A stretch of 64,000 nucleotides of DNA, taken from Kiritimatiellia bacterium. Its GTDB lineage: Bacteria > Verrucomicrobiota > Kiritimatiellia > RFP12 > UBA1067. Under the pieces are notes generated by a model that saw only the letters and a list, made by a program, of their open reading frames with translations, ran no database searches and was not told the DNA's origin. Below, one piece after another: positions 9,706 through 19,372 of this stretch (position 1 is the stretch's first letter; each line of letters opens with the position of its first letter). The translations under genes were made by a program, and so were the position numbers. The DNA is taken from assembly GCA_016296065.1 (NCBI GenBank), contig JAEDKA010000008.1:10180-74179 (forward strand), in the 5' to 3' direction.

Positions 9706-11358
9706 TCATTCCGTGCGCGGCTCCACTATGGCGGCGAAACCGCCGTTCGCGGCGCAATTTACGGACAGAGAATCCACTTCGAGTGTCTCATCGGCGACAG
9801 GTGCGCATCCTCGGACTGCGGCGGGATCGGCATCTCGGCAGAGCCAGACCTTGCAAGTTCCGTTCCCAGCGAACCCGAGGGGAAGCACGATAGTGCGCGC
9901 CTGCCCCGCATTTATGGCGCCGACGAACCAGACGTTGCCCTTGCGCCGCGCGACGACGGCGAACTTTCCGATCTCGCCCTGAAGGAAACGCGTCTCGTCA
10001 AACGACACCGGCAGCCTGCGCCAGAAGTCAAGCGCAGGGTTCGACTCGTCAATCTGGTCCGGCCGACTGTACCAGAACAGGAACTGCCATCCGCTCGTGT
10101 AGACACACGGCAGCGCAAGCTGGTGTGCGAGGGTGTTCTTAACTCGCGCGTTCTTCCAGCACGGGGTGTAGTCGCCGGGTCCGTCGAGATAGCGGGTGAA
10201 GGGCAACGCGCAGTCGTGCGCGGCATCGGGCATCTCCTCGTTGCCGCGAATCCCCTCGACCGTCATGACGTTAGGATACGTCTTCTGTATTCCCGTGAGC
10301 CTGTATTCGTCGTGGATGTCGACGAGGAGCCTGCGTTCCGCGGCGGCCGCGATCGCGTCCGTGACCCACTTGCGCCACTCCTGGCTGCCGACGTTGACGA
10401 AACCGTACTTCACGCCCTTCACGCCCCACTCCACAAGCCTGTCCAGAATCGCGTCGCGGTTCTTCTTGAGTGGTTCGCGGTTGACATAGAGGATGACTCC
10501 AACATCCTTCTCCCTGGCATAGCGCAGTATCTCGAAGAAGTCGAACTTCTCGCCTTTCGCCACGCGTTCGGGCGCAAGCCCAGGCTTAAGGGGGTCGCCC
10601 GTATGCTCCTGTCCGTACCATCCGCAGTCAAGCTCGATGTACTGCATGCCATTGCGCCTGACGAAGTCGACGGCATCCTTGGCGCAGTCGGTGCTGAGTT
10701 TTGCGACGCGCAGGACCTTCCCGGGCCTTATCCAGCTCGTGTCGGCAATGCGCGACGGCGCGTTGAGCGCGTCCATTACGCCTGGCTGCGCGTTTGCGAG
10801 CGACGCAGCGTCCTTCGCGACGTGTATATAGCGCCACGGCGTCGTGTAAGGGGCATGCACCTTCGATGTACCCTCGAGCAGGGTCTTGACCTGCCCCTTC
10901 CCGGCCCCGCTCGCGAACCTGATGCGTGAGTAGTCGAGGCATCCGGCATCGCCGATTGCCGCAACAAAGCCAGCGCCTTCGACGACGAGCGGGCCTTCAG
11001 CCGTTCCTGGGTAGGACGTCGCATAGTTGTGCATCTCGCCTATTCCGGCGGCGACGGGCGCGAAGCCGGGACGCGGCGCCATCTCGGCGATGGTAGACAA
11101 CGTCTTCGGCACATATTCGCCCTGCGCGTGGGAGACAGGCCAGCACCTCAGGTCGGCGCCAAAGTCGAACGTCCACTCCTCGTTCTCGACTACGCGTTCG
11201 CCGTCGCCCTCGAACCGAATACGCCAGGCGACGGCGCCTACGAGATTTGTCGTCTCTATGACAGCACCTTCGCCAAGGGACGGCGGGGTGACATCGCAGA
11301 CCTTCTCCCCTCCCGGGCAGAACACGGCAAACGCCGCAAGTAGAGTGATTGTGTTCAT
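9706..11358 (-). CDS. Glycoside hydrolase family 97-like (alpha-glucosidase/alpha-galactosidase), secreted
   Basis: GH97-like blocks YIELDCGWYG, GVKGVKYGFVN, DIHDEYRLTGIQKTYPNVMTVEGIRGNEE. Start moved to MNTITLL (signal peptide), 6 nt downstream of TGGTATAAT. The ORF-track N-terminus ..LWYNCG is translated promoter. Confidence 0.65.
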   Translation of the reverse strand: MNTITLLAAFAVFCPGGEKVCDVTPPSLGEGAVIETTNLVGAVAWRIRFEGDGERVVENEEWTFDFGADLRCWPVSHAQGEYVPKTLSTIAEMAPRPGFAPVAAGIGEMHNYATSYPGTAEGPLVVEGAGFVAAIGDAGCLDYSRIRFASGAGKGQVKTLLEGTSKVHAPYTTPWRYIHVAKDAASLANAQPGVMDALNAPSRIADTSWIRPGKVLRVAKLSTDCAKDAVDFVRRNGMQYIELDCGWYGQEHTGDPLKPGLAPERVAKGEKFDFFEILRYAREKDVGVILYVNREPLKKNRDAILDRLVEWGVKGVKYGFVNVGSQEWRKWVTDAIAAAAERRLLVDIHDEYRLTGIQKTYPNVMTVEGIRGNEEMPDAAHDCALPFTRYLDGPGDYTPCWKNARVKNTLAHQLALPCVYTSGWQFLFWYSRPDQIDESNPALDFWRRLPVSFDETRFLQGEIGKFAVVARRKGNVWFVGAINAGQARTIVLPLGFAGNGTCKVWLCRDADPAAVRGCAPVADETLEVDSLSVNCAANGGFAAIVEPRTE

Positions 11359-11364
11359 GCCGCA

Positions 11365-11373
11365 ATTATACCA
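11365..11373 (-). promoter_or_regulatory. Extended -10 TGGTATAAT, 6 nt before the GH97 ATG 11358
   Basis: Read directly from the sequence. Confidence 0.6.
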
Positions 11374-11393
11374 AAGCTGCGCAGAGATGGGCA

Positions 11394-11411
11394 CTCCCAC
11401 TTACGGGGGAT
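11394..11411. promoter_or_regulatory. CTCCC-N8-GGGAT variant, 23 nt upstream of the GH97 -10 box
   Basis: ctcccacttacgggggat. Confidence 0.45.
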
Positions 11412-11452
11412 AAGATTTCCCTGGGATGCGAGGCGACAGCCAAGGCAAGCGA

Positions 11453-13471
11453 TCAGTCTTCGTCGGAGGCGTCGGGGTCCTTTAGCTTCACGCCGAGGTC
11501 CCTGAGCCGTATCGTCACCAACTCCTCGGGCGACGGGTCGGCAAGGTCGGTGACGCGCAGGGCCTGGCGCTCCACGGACTTCTCGAACAGGTTCCTAGCC
11601 CAGCGTGCGTTGCCGAAGTTCTTGTCCCGCGTCTCGGTGAGCATCGAGATGTAAGGCAGGAGATAGTGGTCGGCCTGTTCCGAAAGCCTGTATTTCGCCT
11701 TCTTCGCCATCGAGCGATACACCTCCGCCAGTTCCTTCGCGCTGTAGTCGGGAAACTCCACCGTCCTGTTGAACCGGCTTTCAAGCCCGGAGTTGATGGA
11801 CATGAATCGCTTCATCTCCTCCTTGTATCCGGCGATGATAACGACCATCGAGCCGCGCGCGTCCTCCATGCGCTTCAAGAGCGTCGCGACGGCCTCCGCG
11901 CCGTACTGGTCGTTCTCGCCCTGGTTGAGCTGGTAAGCCTCGTCTATGAAGAGGATGCCGCCCATCGCGGAGTCGATGAGCTTGTTCGTCTTCGCGGCCG
12001 TCTGGCCCTCGTACTTCGCGACGAGCCCAGAGCGGTCGGTTTCGACGAAATTCGCGCGGTCCAGCACGCCGAGGGCGCGGAACGCCTTGCCGAGTATGCG
12101 CGCGACGGTCGTCTTGCCGGTGCCGGGATTGCCGGTGAACACGAAGTTGTAGCTCATCGTGACGTTGTTGTCCAGTCCCTTCTCGGCGCGCAACTTGTTC
12201 GCGCGTACGGTCGCGACGAGACGCCGCACCTCGTCCTTCACAGGCTGAAGCCCCACGAGCGCATCGAGCTCCGCAAGCACGTCCTCGATCTTCGGCGCGC
12301 GGATGTCCTCCTTCTTCTCGCCTGCGGAAAGGTCCGCGAGAGCGAGCGTCTTCAGCGCCTCGGCGTCCATGTCACCAGACTCCGCGAGCCGCGTCGCCTG
12401 GCGCGCAGTGGCGTCTTCGAAAAGCTGGCGGACGAACCTGGCGTTGCCGAACGTGCGGTCGCGCTTCGCCGTGAGCTTCGCGATCGCCGCGTCGAGCCCG
12501 GCATCGAGATCCGGAGCGAGCACGAACTCGTTCTTCTTCGCCATCGAGCGGAATATCGCCGCGAGCTCCGGCGCAGTGTAGTCGGCAAATTCTATCGTCT
12601 TGGGGAAGCGGCTCATCAGCCCGGAATTGGCGTCGAGGAAATCGCGCATCTCGTCCGTGTAGCCCGCCGCGATGACGATAAGCTTGTCGCGATCGTCCTC
12701 CATGCGCTTCAGGAGCGTCGCGATCGCCTCCTTGCCGTAGTCGTCGTTTTCTCCGCTCACCAGCTGATACGCCTCGTCGACGAAGAGGATTCCGCCAATC
12801 GCCTCGTCTATCTTCTCGTTCGTCTTGACCGCTGTTTCGCCCGCATAGCGTCCGACGAGCCCTGAGCGGTCCGTCTCAACAAGCTGGCCCGTCTTCGCGA
12901 TTCCGAGCGCGCGGAACGCGCGCGCGACGATGCGCGCGACGGTCGTCTTGCCCGTACCGGGGTTGCCGGTGAAGACCATGTGGTATGTCATCGGCGGAAC
13001 CTTGAGCCCCTGCGCACGGCGCGCTTCGTTGACCTTCGCGAGATTGACGATCTTCTTGACCTCGGACTTCACTTCCTCGAGCCCGACAAGCGAGTCAAGC
13101 TCCGCGAGGACTTCCTCCACCGACTCGACCTGGTTCGTGGACTGCGTATCGCTTTTCGCGCCTTGAGGTCCGTCGTTCGCGACCGGCGGCTCGTCCGTTT
13201 CCGTCGAGTCGAGCGAAATCGGACACACTAGCGCCAACGCCAGGCAGACGAGCATGCCGATCGGTCCTATGAGGACACGCGCCCACTGCGGCGTGCGTTC
13301 GTTGAAGACGGCGATGCGGATGATCCACACCGGGATCGTCATCAGCATCATGTAGATGATCGCGGAAACGGCGCAGTCCTCCGAAAACGCGAGGACGAGC
13401 ACCACGAACAGCGCGACGTCGACCAGACATCCGAATCCGATCGACGCCGCGTTCTTGCCAGATATGTTCAT
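11453..13471 (-). CDS. Membrane-anchored tandem AAA+ ATPase (two CbxX/SpoVK-type modules)
   Basis: 672 aa. 3-4 N-terminal TM helices. Two copies of ..L(A/D)ELD.LVGL..VK.. followed by FTGNPGTGKTTVARI Walker A and ILFVDEAYQL / ILFIDEAYQL Walker B. Confidence 0.8.
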   Translation of the reverse strand: MNISGKNAASIGFGCLVDVALFVVLVLAFSEDCAVSAIIYMMLMTIPVWIIRIAVFNERTPQWARVLIGPIGMLVCLALALVCPISLDSTETDEPPVANDGPQGAKSDTQSTNQVESVEEVLAELDSLVGLEEVKSEVKKIVNLAKVNEARRAQGLKVPPMTYHMVFTGNPGTGKTTVARIVARAFRALGIAKTGQLVETDRSGLVGRYAGETAVKTNEKIDEAIGGILFVDEAYQLVSGENDDYGKEAIATLLKRMEDDRDKLIVIAAGYTDEMRDFLDANSGLMSRFPKTIEFADYTAPELAAIFRSMAKKNEFVLAPDLDAGLDAAIAKLTAKRDRTFGNARFVRQLFEDATARQATRLAESGDMDAEALKTLALADLSAGEKKEDIRAPKIEDVLAELDALVGLQPVKDEVRRLVATVRANKLRAEKGLDNNVTMSYNFVFTGNPGTGKTTVARILGKAFRALGVLDRANFVETDRSGLVAKYEGQTAAKTNKLIDSAMGGILFIDEAYQLNQGENDQYGAEAVATLLKRMEDARGSMVVIIAGYKEEMKRFMSINSGLESRFNRTVEFPDYSAKELAEVYRSMAKKAKYRLSEQADHYLLPYISMLTETRDKNFGNARWARNLFEKSVERQALRVTDLADPSPEELVTIRLRDLGVKLKDPDASDED

Positions 13472-13474
13472 ATG

Positions 13475-14422
13475 TTACGCTGGCTTGGTGGGAAGCTTGA
13501 GCCCGGGCTTAATGCCGGGCTTCGGCGGGAGCTTGAGACCCGTCGGTATGGAGCCCTTCGGCGGAAGCTTGAGCCCTGTCGGCATCGCGCCAGGCTTGGT
13601 GGGAAGCTTAAGGCCTGGCTTGAGGCCGCCCTTCATGCCGGGGAGCGTAGGACGGCGCAGCGCAGTCCCTCCCGGACGCGGCGCGCTGGCAGGAGCGGCA
13701 GGCTTCGCCTCTTCGACGGGCTTGAGCTCCTCAACCGGGGTGAGCTCCTCAAGCGGCGTAAGTTCGGCTACAGGAGTCAGTTCCGCAACCGGCTCGACCG
13801 GCTTGAGCTCCTCGACCGGCGCAAGGGGCTTGACCGGCTTGAGCTCCTCGACAGGCGCGAGGGGCTTGACGGGCTCGACCTTGGGTTCGGACTTGGCGGG
13901 CGCAATCGGAGAAAGCGGGGAAACGGGCTTTGCGACTTCCGCCGGCTTGATGGGCTCAACGGGAGCGACCGGCTTCGGGGTGACCTCGGTCTTGCGCGGA
14001 GTTATAAGCGACGGCGTGTTGGGGCGATGGGCCTCGACGAGCTTCACGACAGTCGGCGCGACCGCCGGGATGGGCTTCGGCGCCGCGGCGTCCGCATCCG
14101 TCATGGGTGCGACGGGATCGCCTGCCTGGAAATCGAAAGACGCAATCTCCATGAGACCGCAGCGAATGGAATCGCCCTTCTCTATTTTCTCCGGGGCCTC
14201 GATCTTGACGCGGTTGCGGTAGGTGCCGTTCGTGCTCCCGAGATCCTCGATATACCAGTCGCCGTCCCTAAAGAAGATGCGCGCATGGTGGCGTGAGAAG
14301 CCATCCACGTTGATGGGCGCAATCGTGTTGCCGATTTCGCGCCCGATTGTTATCACTGCGGACTGGTCAAAGGTGTACCCAAGGTAGATACCCTTGATGT
14401 TTGCGATGAATTGAATCTTCAT
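13475..14422 (-). CDS. FHA-domain protein with long Pro/Lys/Glu-rich repetitive tail
   Basis: FHA core ITIGRE...SRHHARIFFRDGDWYIEDLGSTNGTYRN. Start moved to MKIQF, 10 nt downstream of TGCTATAAT. Stop is 3 nt from the AAA+ start. Confidence 0.8.
   Translation of the reverse strand: MKIQFIANIKGIYLGYTFDQSAVITIGREIGNTIAPINVDGFSRHHARIFFRDGDWYIEDLGSTNGTYRNRVKIEAPEKIEKGDSIRCGLMEIASFDFQAGDPVAPMTDADAAAPKPIPAVAPTVVKLVEAHRPNTPSLITPRKTEVTPKPVAPVEPIKPAEVAKPVSPLSPIAPAKSEPKVEPVKPLAPVEELKPVKPLAPVEELKPVEPVAELTPVAELTPLEELTPVEELKPVEEAKPAAPASAPRPGGTALRRPTLPGMKGGLKPGLKLPTKPGAMPTGLKLPPKGSIPTGLKLPPKPGIKPGLKLPTKPA
13798..13870 (-). repeat. Two tandem ~36-bp coding repeats (KPLAPVEELKPV) in the FHA protein tail. Further GLKLP(P/T)KPG repeats lie at about 13484-13640.
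   Basis: Read directly from the sequence and from the translation. Confidence 0.7.
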
Positions 14423-14432
14423 GGTATTAGCA

Positions 14433-14441
14433 ATTATAGCA
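14433..14441 (-). promoter_or_regulatory. Extended -10 TGCTATAAT, 10 nt before the FHA ATG 14422
   Basis: Read directly from the sequence. Confidence 0.6.
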
Positions 14442-14485
14442 CAATTCAGGACGGGTGGCAACGGGACACACGTGGCAAATTTCGG

Positions 14486-15313
14486 TCAGCGGGACTGCGC
14501 GAAGAGCCAGCCAAGGACGTCGTCGTTCGCATACGTGCGCGTCCAGCAGTCGTGGTTGACGTTCGGATACTCCGTGTAGAGGTGCGGAATTCCCGCCTCC
14601 GAAAGCGCCTTGTCCATGCGGCGCGAGTAGTCGACCGGCACTGCGCCGTCCACCGAGCCGTGGAAGAACCTCAGCGGCAGCCCGCGGTATAGCTCCACGG
14701 TGGACTCGTCGACTCCGCCGCAGATTGGCATCGCCGCGGCGAAGAAACCGGGCATGCGCGAGGAGATGTCCCACGTGCCGAAGCCGCCCATCGAGATGCC
14801 GGTGACGTACACCCTCGACGGATCGACCGGAAGCGTCGCGACGAGCTCGCGCAGGAGAGCCATGACGGCCGTCATCTCAGCGCTCGGCGTCTCGGGGCGC
14901 TTCATCGACGGAGTGCTCCAGTCCTGGTTGACCCACTTCTTGTCGCTCGGACACTGCGGAGCGACGACGAACGCGTCGCCGTGGCGCATCGCGTACCTGC
15001 AAATCGGCAAGACACCATGCACCAGGGTGGCGGTGTTGTCGTTCCCGCGCTCGCCCGCGCCGTGGAGGAATAGGACGAGCGGATACTTCACGCCCTGCTC
15101 GCACTTCGGCGAATGGCGGCGGTAGAGAAGCGTGTAACCGTCCTTCTCGAACGTGCACTTCTCCGTAAGCTCGTCGCCCTTCATCGCCGCAATGGCGGAA
15201 ATCTCGGCCACGGGACGGTCGGCGGGACGGACGACCTTCGTCCCGGAGTTGAGGACGCATCCAGCCAGCGTGAGCGCGACGAGGGCGGATACTGCGATGT
15301 TTTTCGTTTTCAT
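14486..15313 (-). CDS. Alpha/beta-hydrolase esterase (phospholipase/carboxylesterase, CE1-like) lipoprotein
   Basis: Lipobox LTLAGC. LFLHGAGERGNDN and nucleophile elbow GISMGGFG. Confidence 0.7.
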   Translation of the reverse strand: MKTKNIAVSALVALTLAGCVLNSGTKVVRPADRPVAEISAIAAMKGDELTEKCTFEKDGYTLLYRRHSPKCEQGVKYPLVLFLHGAGERGNDNTATLVHGVLPICRYAMRHGDAFVVAPQCPSDKKWVNQDWSTPSMKRPETPSAEMTAVMALLRELVATLPVDPSRVYVTGISMGGFGTWDISSRMPGFFAAAMPICGGVDESTVELYRGLPLRFFHGSVDGAVPVDYSRRMDKALSEAGIPHLYTEYPNVNHDCWTRTYANDDVLGWLFAQSR

Positions 15314-15345
15314 GGGATGGCCTTTACATGATGTCTAAATGAGTG

Positions 15346-16704
15346 CTACTTCTTCGAAACGCTCTGGCCTTCCTTGGAGTCCTTGACGACCCAGCCGGCT
15401 GCGGCGATCGCATCGCGGAGGCGATCAGACTCGGCCCAGTTCTTCGCCTTCCTTGCCTCGGCGCGCTGGTCGAGCATCGCCTGGATCTCGGCAGGTATCT
15501 CCACCGCCTTCTTCTCGTTCTCGAAGAAGATCACGCCCAGAACCTCGTCCATGCGCTTGAACACGCCGAGCGTTCCCGCCGCGCCCTTGCCGTTGGCGTC
15601 GCGAACGAGCGCGAAGAGGGCCGCGAACGCGCTCGGAATGTTCAGGTCGTCGTTCACCGCAGCGGTGAAGTCCGCCAGGTGCTTCTGCGCCCAGTCCGGC
15701 GCCGCGCCCTCGGTCGCCTGCGCGACGCACGCGTCGATGCGAGCGAGCGCCTTGCGCGCGTCCTCAAGCGCGGAAAACGCGAAGTTGAGCCCGGTGCGGT
15801 AGTGCGCGTTGATCAGCACGTAGCGTATCTCGCGCCCGGTGTAGCCCTTCTCGAGAAGGTCGCGGAGAGTGAAGAAGTTGCCCGCGGACTTCGACATCTT
15901 CTCGCCGTTGACGCGAAGGTGCGCGCAGTGCATCCACGTCCTGACGAACTCCTTGCCCGTCGCGGCCTCGGCCTGGGCGATCTCATTCTCGTGGTGCGGG
16001 AAGAGGTTGTCGATCCCGCCCGTATGGAGGTCGAACGTCTCGCCGAGGTACTTCATGGACATCGCGGAGCACTCGATGTGCCAGCCGGGGCGTCCGCGTC
16101 CCCACGGGGAATCCCAGCCGACGGGGCCGTCGGACTCCTCCCACGCCTTCCAGAGCGCGAAGTCGCCGACGTTCTCCTTGTCGTATTCGTCCGCCGCGCA
16201 CCTAAGGCCCGTGCGCTGGTTGTCGAAGTCGATGTGCGCGAGCTTGCCGTAGCCAGGAAACTCGCGGACCTTGAAGTAGACCGAACCGTCCTCGCTCTGG
16301 TACGCGACGCCCTTCTCCATGAGCTTTTGGACGAGCGCGATCATCTCGGGGATGTGGTCCGTCGCCGCGGGATAGACCTCGGCAGGCTGGATGTTGAGCT
16401 TCTTGAGGTCGGCGAAGAACGCGTCCTTGTACGTCTTCGTGTAGTCGGTGAGCGCGACGCCCGCGGCGTTTGCGCCGCGGATCGTCTTGTCGTCGACGTC
16501 GGTGAGGTTCATCACCTGGCGTATCTTCATTCCGTTGAACTGCACGACGCGGCGGAGGATGTCCTCGAACGCGTATGCGCGGAAGTTGCCTATGTGGGCG
16601 AAGTTGTAGACCGTAGGTCCGCACGTATAGAGGCGGATCGTGTTGCCCTCCAGGGGCTTGAGTTCCTCGACTCTTCTCGACAGGGAGTTGTAGACATTCA
16701 TCAT
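15346..16704 (-). CDS. cysS: Cysteine--tRNA ligase
   Basis: CGPTVYNFAHIGNFR (HIGH region) and KMSKSAGN (KMSKS). 452 aa. Confidence 0.95.
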   Translation of the reverse strand: MMNVYNSLSRRVEELKPLEGNTIRLYTCGPTVYNFAHIGNFRAYAFEDILRRVVQFNGMKIRQVMNLTDVDDKTIRGANAAGVALTDYTKTYKDAFFADLKKLNIQPAEVYPAATDHIPEMIALVQKLMEKGVAYQSEDGSVYFKVREFPGYGKLAHIDFDNQRTGLRCAADEYDKENVGDFALWKAWEESDGPVGWDSPWGRGRPGWHIECSAMSMKYLGETFDLHTGGIDNLFPHHENEIAQAEAATGKEFVRTWMHCAHLRVNGEKMSKSAGNFFTLRDLLEKGYTGREIRYVLINAHYRTGLNFAFSALEDARKALARIDACVAQATEGAAPDWAQKHLADFTAAVNDDLNIPSAFAALFALVRDANGKGAAGTLGVFKRMDEVLGVIFFENEKKAVEIPAEIQAMLDQRAEARKAKNWAESDRLRDAIAAAGWVVKDSKEGQSVSKK

Positions 16705-16712
16705 GATTGTGT

Positions 16713-16721
16713 ATTATACCA
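16713..16721 (-). promoter_or_regulatory. Extended -10 TGGTATAAT, 8 nt before the cysS ATG
   Basis: Read directly from the sequence. Confidence 0.6.
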
Positions 16722-16739
16722 AAACAGCGGCGCGATTGG

Positions 16740-17396
16740 CTACACGGCCTTGACGCGGTAGCCTATGCCGCGCACCGTCTCGATGTGGTCCGCCCACGCG
16801 CCCAGTTTCTGCCTGAGCTTAGCGACCTGCACATCGACGGTGCGCTCGTCCGGCGGACGGACGAACACTCGCCCCCTGTGTGCAACAAGGCGCACGAGGA
16901 GCGAGAACTCGCCTGGGGTAAGGTCGAGCGCGGCGCCGTGCAGCGTAGCGGCCCGCGCGGACTCGTCGATCCTTAGTCCGTCGAAGTCCACTCCCTCGGT
17001 GACCGGCAACCCCCTTCTCAGGACGGCCTTGACCCTCGCGAGCAGCACCTTGCGGTCAAACGGCTTCGTGACATAGTCGTCGGCGCCGCTTTCAAGTCCG
17101 CTGACGATGTCCTCCGGCGCAGTCCGCGCAGTGAGCATTATGATGCGCGTGGCCGCAAGCTCCTCCCTCGCGCGCACGCTGCGGGCGAGGGCGAAGCCGT
17201 CCATGCCGGGAAGCATTACGTCGAGCAGGATGAGATCCGGCCTGTCGCGCTTGACCATCTCCATTCCCTCGTCGCCGCGCGCCGAAGAGGCAATGTCGGA
17301 ATACCCAGCGCCCAGCAGTGCCATCTCCAGGAGCGCGCGGATTGTCGCATCGTCCTCTATGATCCTTATCTTCGCGGATTCTCCCAAGTGAACCAC
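16740..17396 (-). CDS. OmpR-family response regulator (receiver + winged helix). No cognate kinase is adjacent.
   Basis: DLILLDVMLPGMDG receiver motif. C-terminal ...ETVRGIGYRV. GTG start. Confidence 0.8.
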   Translation of the reverse strand: MVHLGESAKIRIIEDDATIRALLEMALLGAGYSDIASSARGDEGMEMVKRDRPDLILLDVMLPGMDGFALARSVRAREELAATRIIMLTARTAPEDIVSGLESGADDYVTKPFDRKVLLARVKAVLRRGLPVTEGVDFDGLRIDESARAATLHGAALDLTPGEFSLLVRLVAHRGRVFVRPPDERTVDVQVAKLRQKLGAWADHIETVRGIGYRVKAV

Positions 17397-17414
17397 CCCT
17401 GACCTTTCAACTTT

Positions 17415-18764
17415 TCACCCGAGCGCCTCCAAGATGCGCCTTCCCCATTCGCGGGCCTTGCCGAACTGAACAAGTGAGTAGCTTTCGTTCGGGGAATGGA
17501 TGCGGTCCTCGCTCTGCCCCCACCCAACGACGAGCGGAGCCGCGCCAGACGCCTCGCGAAGGACGGACAGCACCGGGATCGACGCACCATCCCACTGGAA
17601 AAGCGCCCCTCGGCCGTCCATCTCGCCCAACACGTCGGCGGCAAGGCGGAACACCGGCGAAGCGAGCGGAAGCCTGAAAGCCGGCGTACCCTGGTTCACC
17701 TCCTCGAACTCGAGCTTCATCCCCTTCGGACACCGATCCTCCAGATGCGTGCGAACCGCGGCAAATGCGCCGCGCGGAGACTGGCCCGGGACAAGGCGCA
17801 TCGACATCTTTGCCACTGCCTCGCTGGGAATCACCGTCTTCGCGCCCGGCCCGCCGTACCCGGAGTGGATTCCGTTCACCTCTATCGTCGGCTCGAACGA
17901 CGTGCGCTGCGCAAGAGTCTTGCCCATCTGTCCGCCGACGGGGTCGCATCCGATGTCCGCAGCACAGTCGGACTCCGACGGCGTGCTCGCCTCGGCCGCC
18001 GAAAGCTCCTCGTGAGTCGGCGGCTCGATCCCGTCGCGAAACCCCGCGACCGCGATCGACCCGTCCGGATGGTGCAGACTCGCGAGGAGCTCCGCAAGGC
18101 CCTGTGCAGGATTTGGCGAGACGCCGCCGTACTCCCCGGAGTGGAGGTCGCGGTTCGGACCCGTCAGGCGCAGCGTGAAATGCGCAACGCCGCGAAGCCC
18201 CGCGACGATCGCAGGGCGCATCCCTGGCGCAGCGGACGTGTCACACACGAGCATGACGTCCGCCGCGAGGCGCCGTCGCATCTCAGGCGCGAGAGCGGAA
18301 AGCGCCGCGCTGCCCGATTCCTCCTGTCCGTCGAGAACTATCTTGATGTTGAGCTTCGGACCTTCCCCGGCGAGATAGTCGCGCATTCCGCACAGGAACG
18401 CGAAAGTCTGCCCCTTGTCGTCGTTCGCCCCGCGGCAGTAAACGCGGCCGTCGACGAGCGTCGGCTCGAACGGAGGCGTCTTCCATTCAGAGACAGGGTC
18501 CGCAGGCTGCACGTCGTAGTGTCCGTACACCAGCGCCGTGGGCGCGCCCTCAGCGCCATCCCTCTGCGCAAAGACCACTGGCGGCGGCGGCGCCGAGCCA
18601 GGTTCCTGCCTAGGGTAGACGAGCTCGACGGAGAAGCCGAGCTTGCCAAGCCACTTCCTTAGCCAGGACGCGCACGAAACGCAGTCGCGAAGGTGCGCAG
18701 GGTCCGCTCCGACGGATTCGTAGCGGAGCAGTTCGAAATATTCCGCAAGGGCTTTGTCTTCCAT
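17415..18764 (-). CDS. M20-family metallopeptidase (dipeptidase/ArgE-DapE type)
   Basis: 449 aa. YGHYDVQP, GANDDKGQ, EESGS motifs typical of M20. Confidence 0.75.
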   Translation of the reverse strand: MEDKALAEYFELLRYESVGADPAHLRDCVSCASWLRKWLGKLGFSVELVYPRQEPGSAPPPPVVFAQRDGAEGAPTALVYGHYDVQPADPVSEWKTPPFEPTLVDGRVYCRGANDDKGQTFAFLCGMRDYLAGEGPKLNIKIVLDGQEESGSAALSALAPEMRRRLAADVMLVCDTSAAPGMRPAIVAGLRGVAHFTLRLTGPNRDLHSGEYGGVSPNPAQGLAELLASLHHPDGSIAVAGFRDGIEPPTHEELSAAEASTPSESDCAADIGCDPVGGQMGKTLAQRTSFEPTIEVNGIHSGYGGPGAKTVIPSEAVAKMSMRLVPGQSPRGAFAAVRTHLEDRCPKGMKLEFEEVNQGTPAFRLPLASPVFRLAADVLGEMDGRGALFQWDGASIPVLSVLREASGAAPLVVGWGQSEDRIHSPNESYSLVQFGKAREWGRRILEALG

Positions 18765-18800
18765 GTTTTCCTTATTGCAAGAATGCGTTCTTTACGGAAC

Positions 18801-18809
18801 ATTATACCA
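18801..18809 (-). promoter_or_regulatory. Extended -10 TGGTATAAT, 36 nt before the M20 ATG (leader carries AAGGA)
   Basis: Read directly from the sequence. Confidence 0.5.
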
Positions 18810-18851
18810 CAATCCGCGACACTTCGGGCGACAGGAATCTGATGCGCCGCG

Positions 18852-19367
18852 TCAGATGCGCTCGACGTCGGACGGCGGTATCACGACCTCCACCGAGCTG
18901 CCGAGTATCTCCACGTTGAGATAGAGGAGCGCCCGGTCTCCGTCACGCTTGACGTAGCCTTCCGTTCCGCGCATCGGCCCCGTCGTGACCCGCACATGGT
19001 CGCCCTCGTGGTAGGTGCGCGACAGCACGCGCATCTCGGATGCAAGCGCGACGCCGCGCCTGAGCTGGCGGAGCTGGTGTATCGTCTCGCGCGGACGAGG
19101 GATCGGCAGCGTCCGCACTATGTAGTTCGTGCGCAGCATCTCGACGCGCTGGTCCGCGTTCATCCTGGCGAACACGTAGCCGGGGAAGAGCGGAAGCTCC
19201 CTTCTCACCTTGCGTCTCTGCACCTTGCGGACGACGGTCTTGGTCGGCAGGTGCCAGAAGCACCTGTACCTGCCGAGGTACCAGGCCACCTTCTTCTCGG
19301 CGCGCGGCTTCGTGTGGATCACATACCACCGCGGGACCGCGGGGTCAATCGTCTCCAAATCTTCCAT
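18852..19367 (-). CDS. NusG/RfaH-like specialised transcription antitermination factor paralog (NGN + KOW)
   Basis: WYVIHTKPRAEKKV...LFPGYVF (NGN) and GDHVRVTTGPMRGTEGYV (KOW). Start moved to MEDLE at 19367. The ORF-track N-terminal 63 aa is Arg-rich and overlaps the upstream gene. Confidence 0.75.
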   Translation of the reverse strand: MEDLETIDPAVPRWYVIHTKPRAEKKVAWYLGRYRCFWHLPTKTVVRKVQRRKVRRELPLFPGYVFARMNADQRVEMLRTNYIVRTLPIPRPRETIHQLRQLRRGVALASEMRVLSRTYHEGDHVRVTTGPMRGTEGYVKRDGDRALLYLNVEILGSSVEVVIPPSDVERI

Positions 19368-19372
19368 ATGCG

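Noticed and set aside
11359-11400. ORF-track N-terminal extensions containing W-Y-N (also 44717-44932, 46431-46466, 58888-58902, 14423-14461, 41075-41116)
   Set aside because: The extension is the translated TGGTATAAT promoter box and upstream DNA. A signal-peptide Met or the conserved N-terminus follows immediately after the box.
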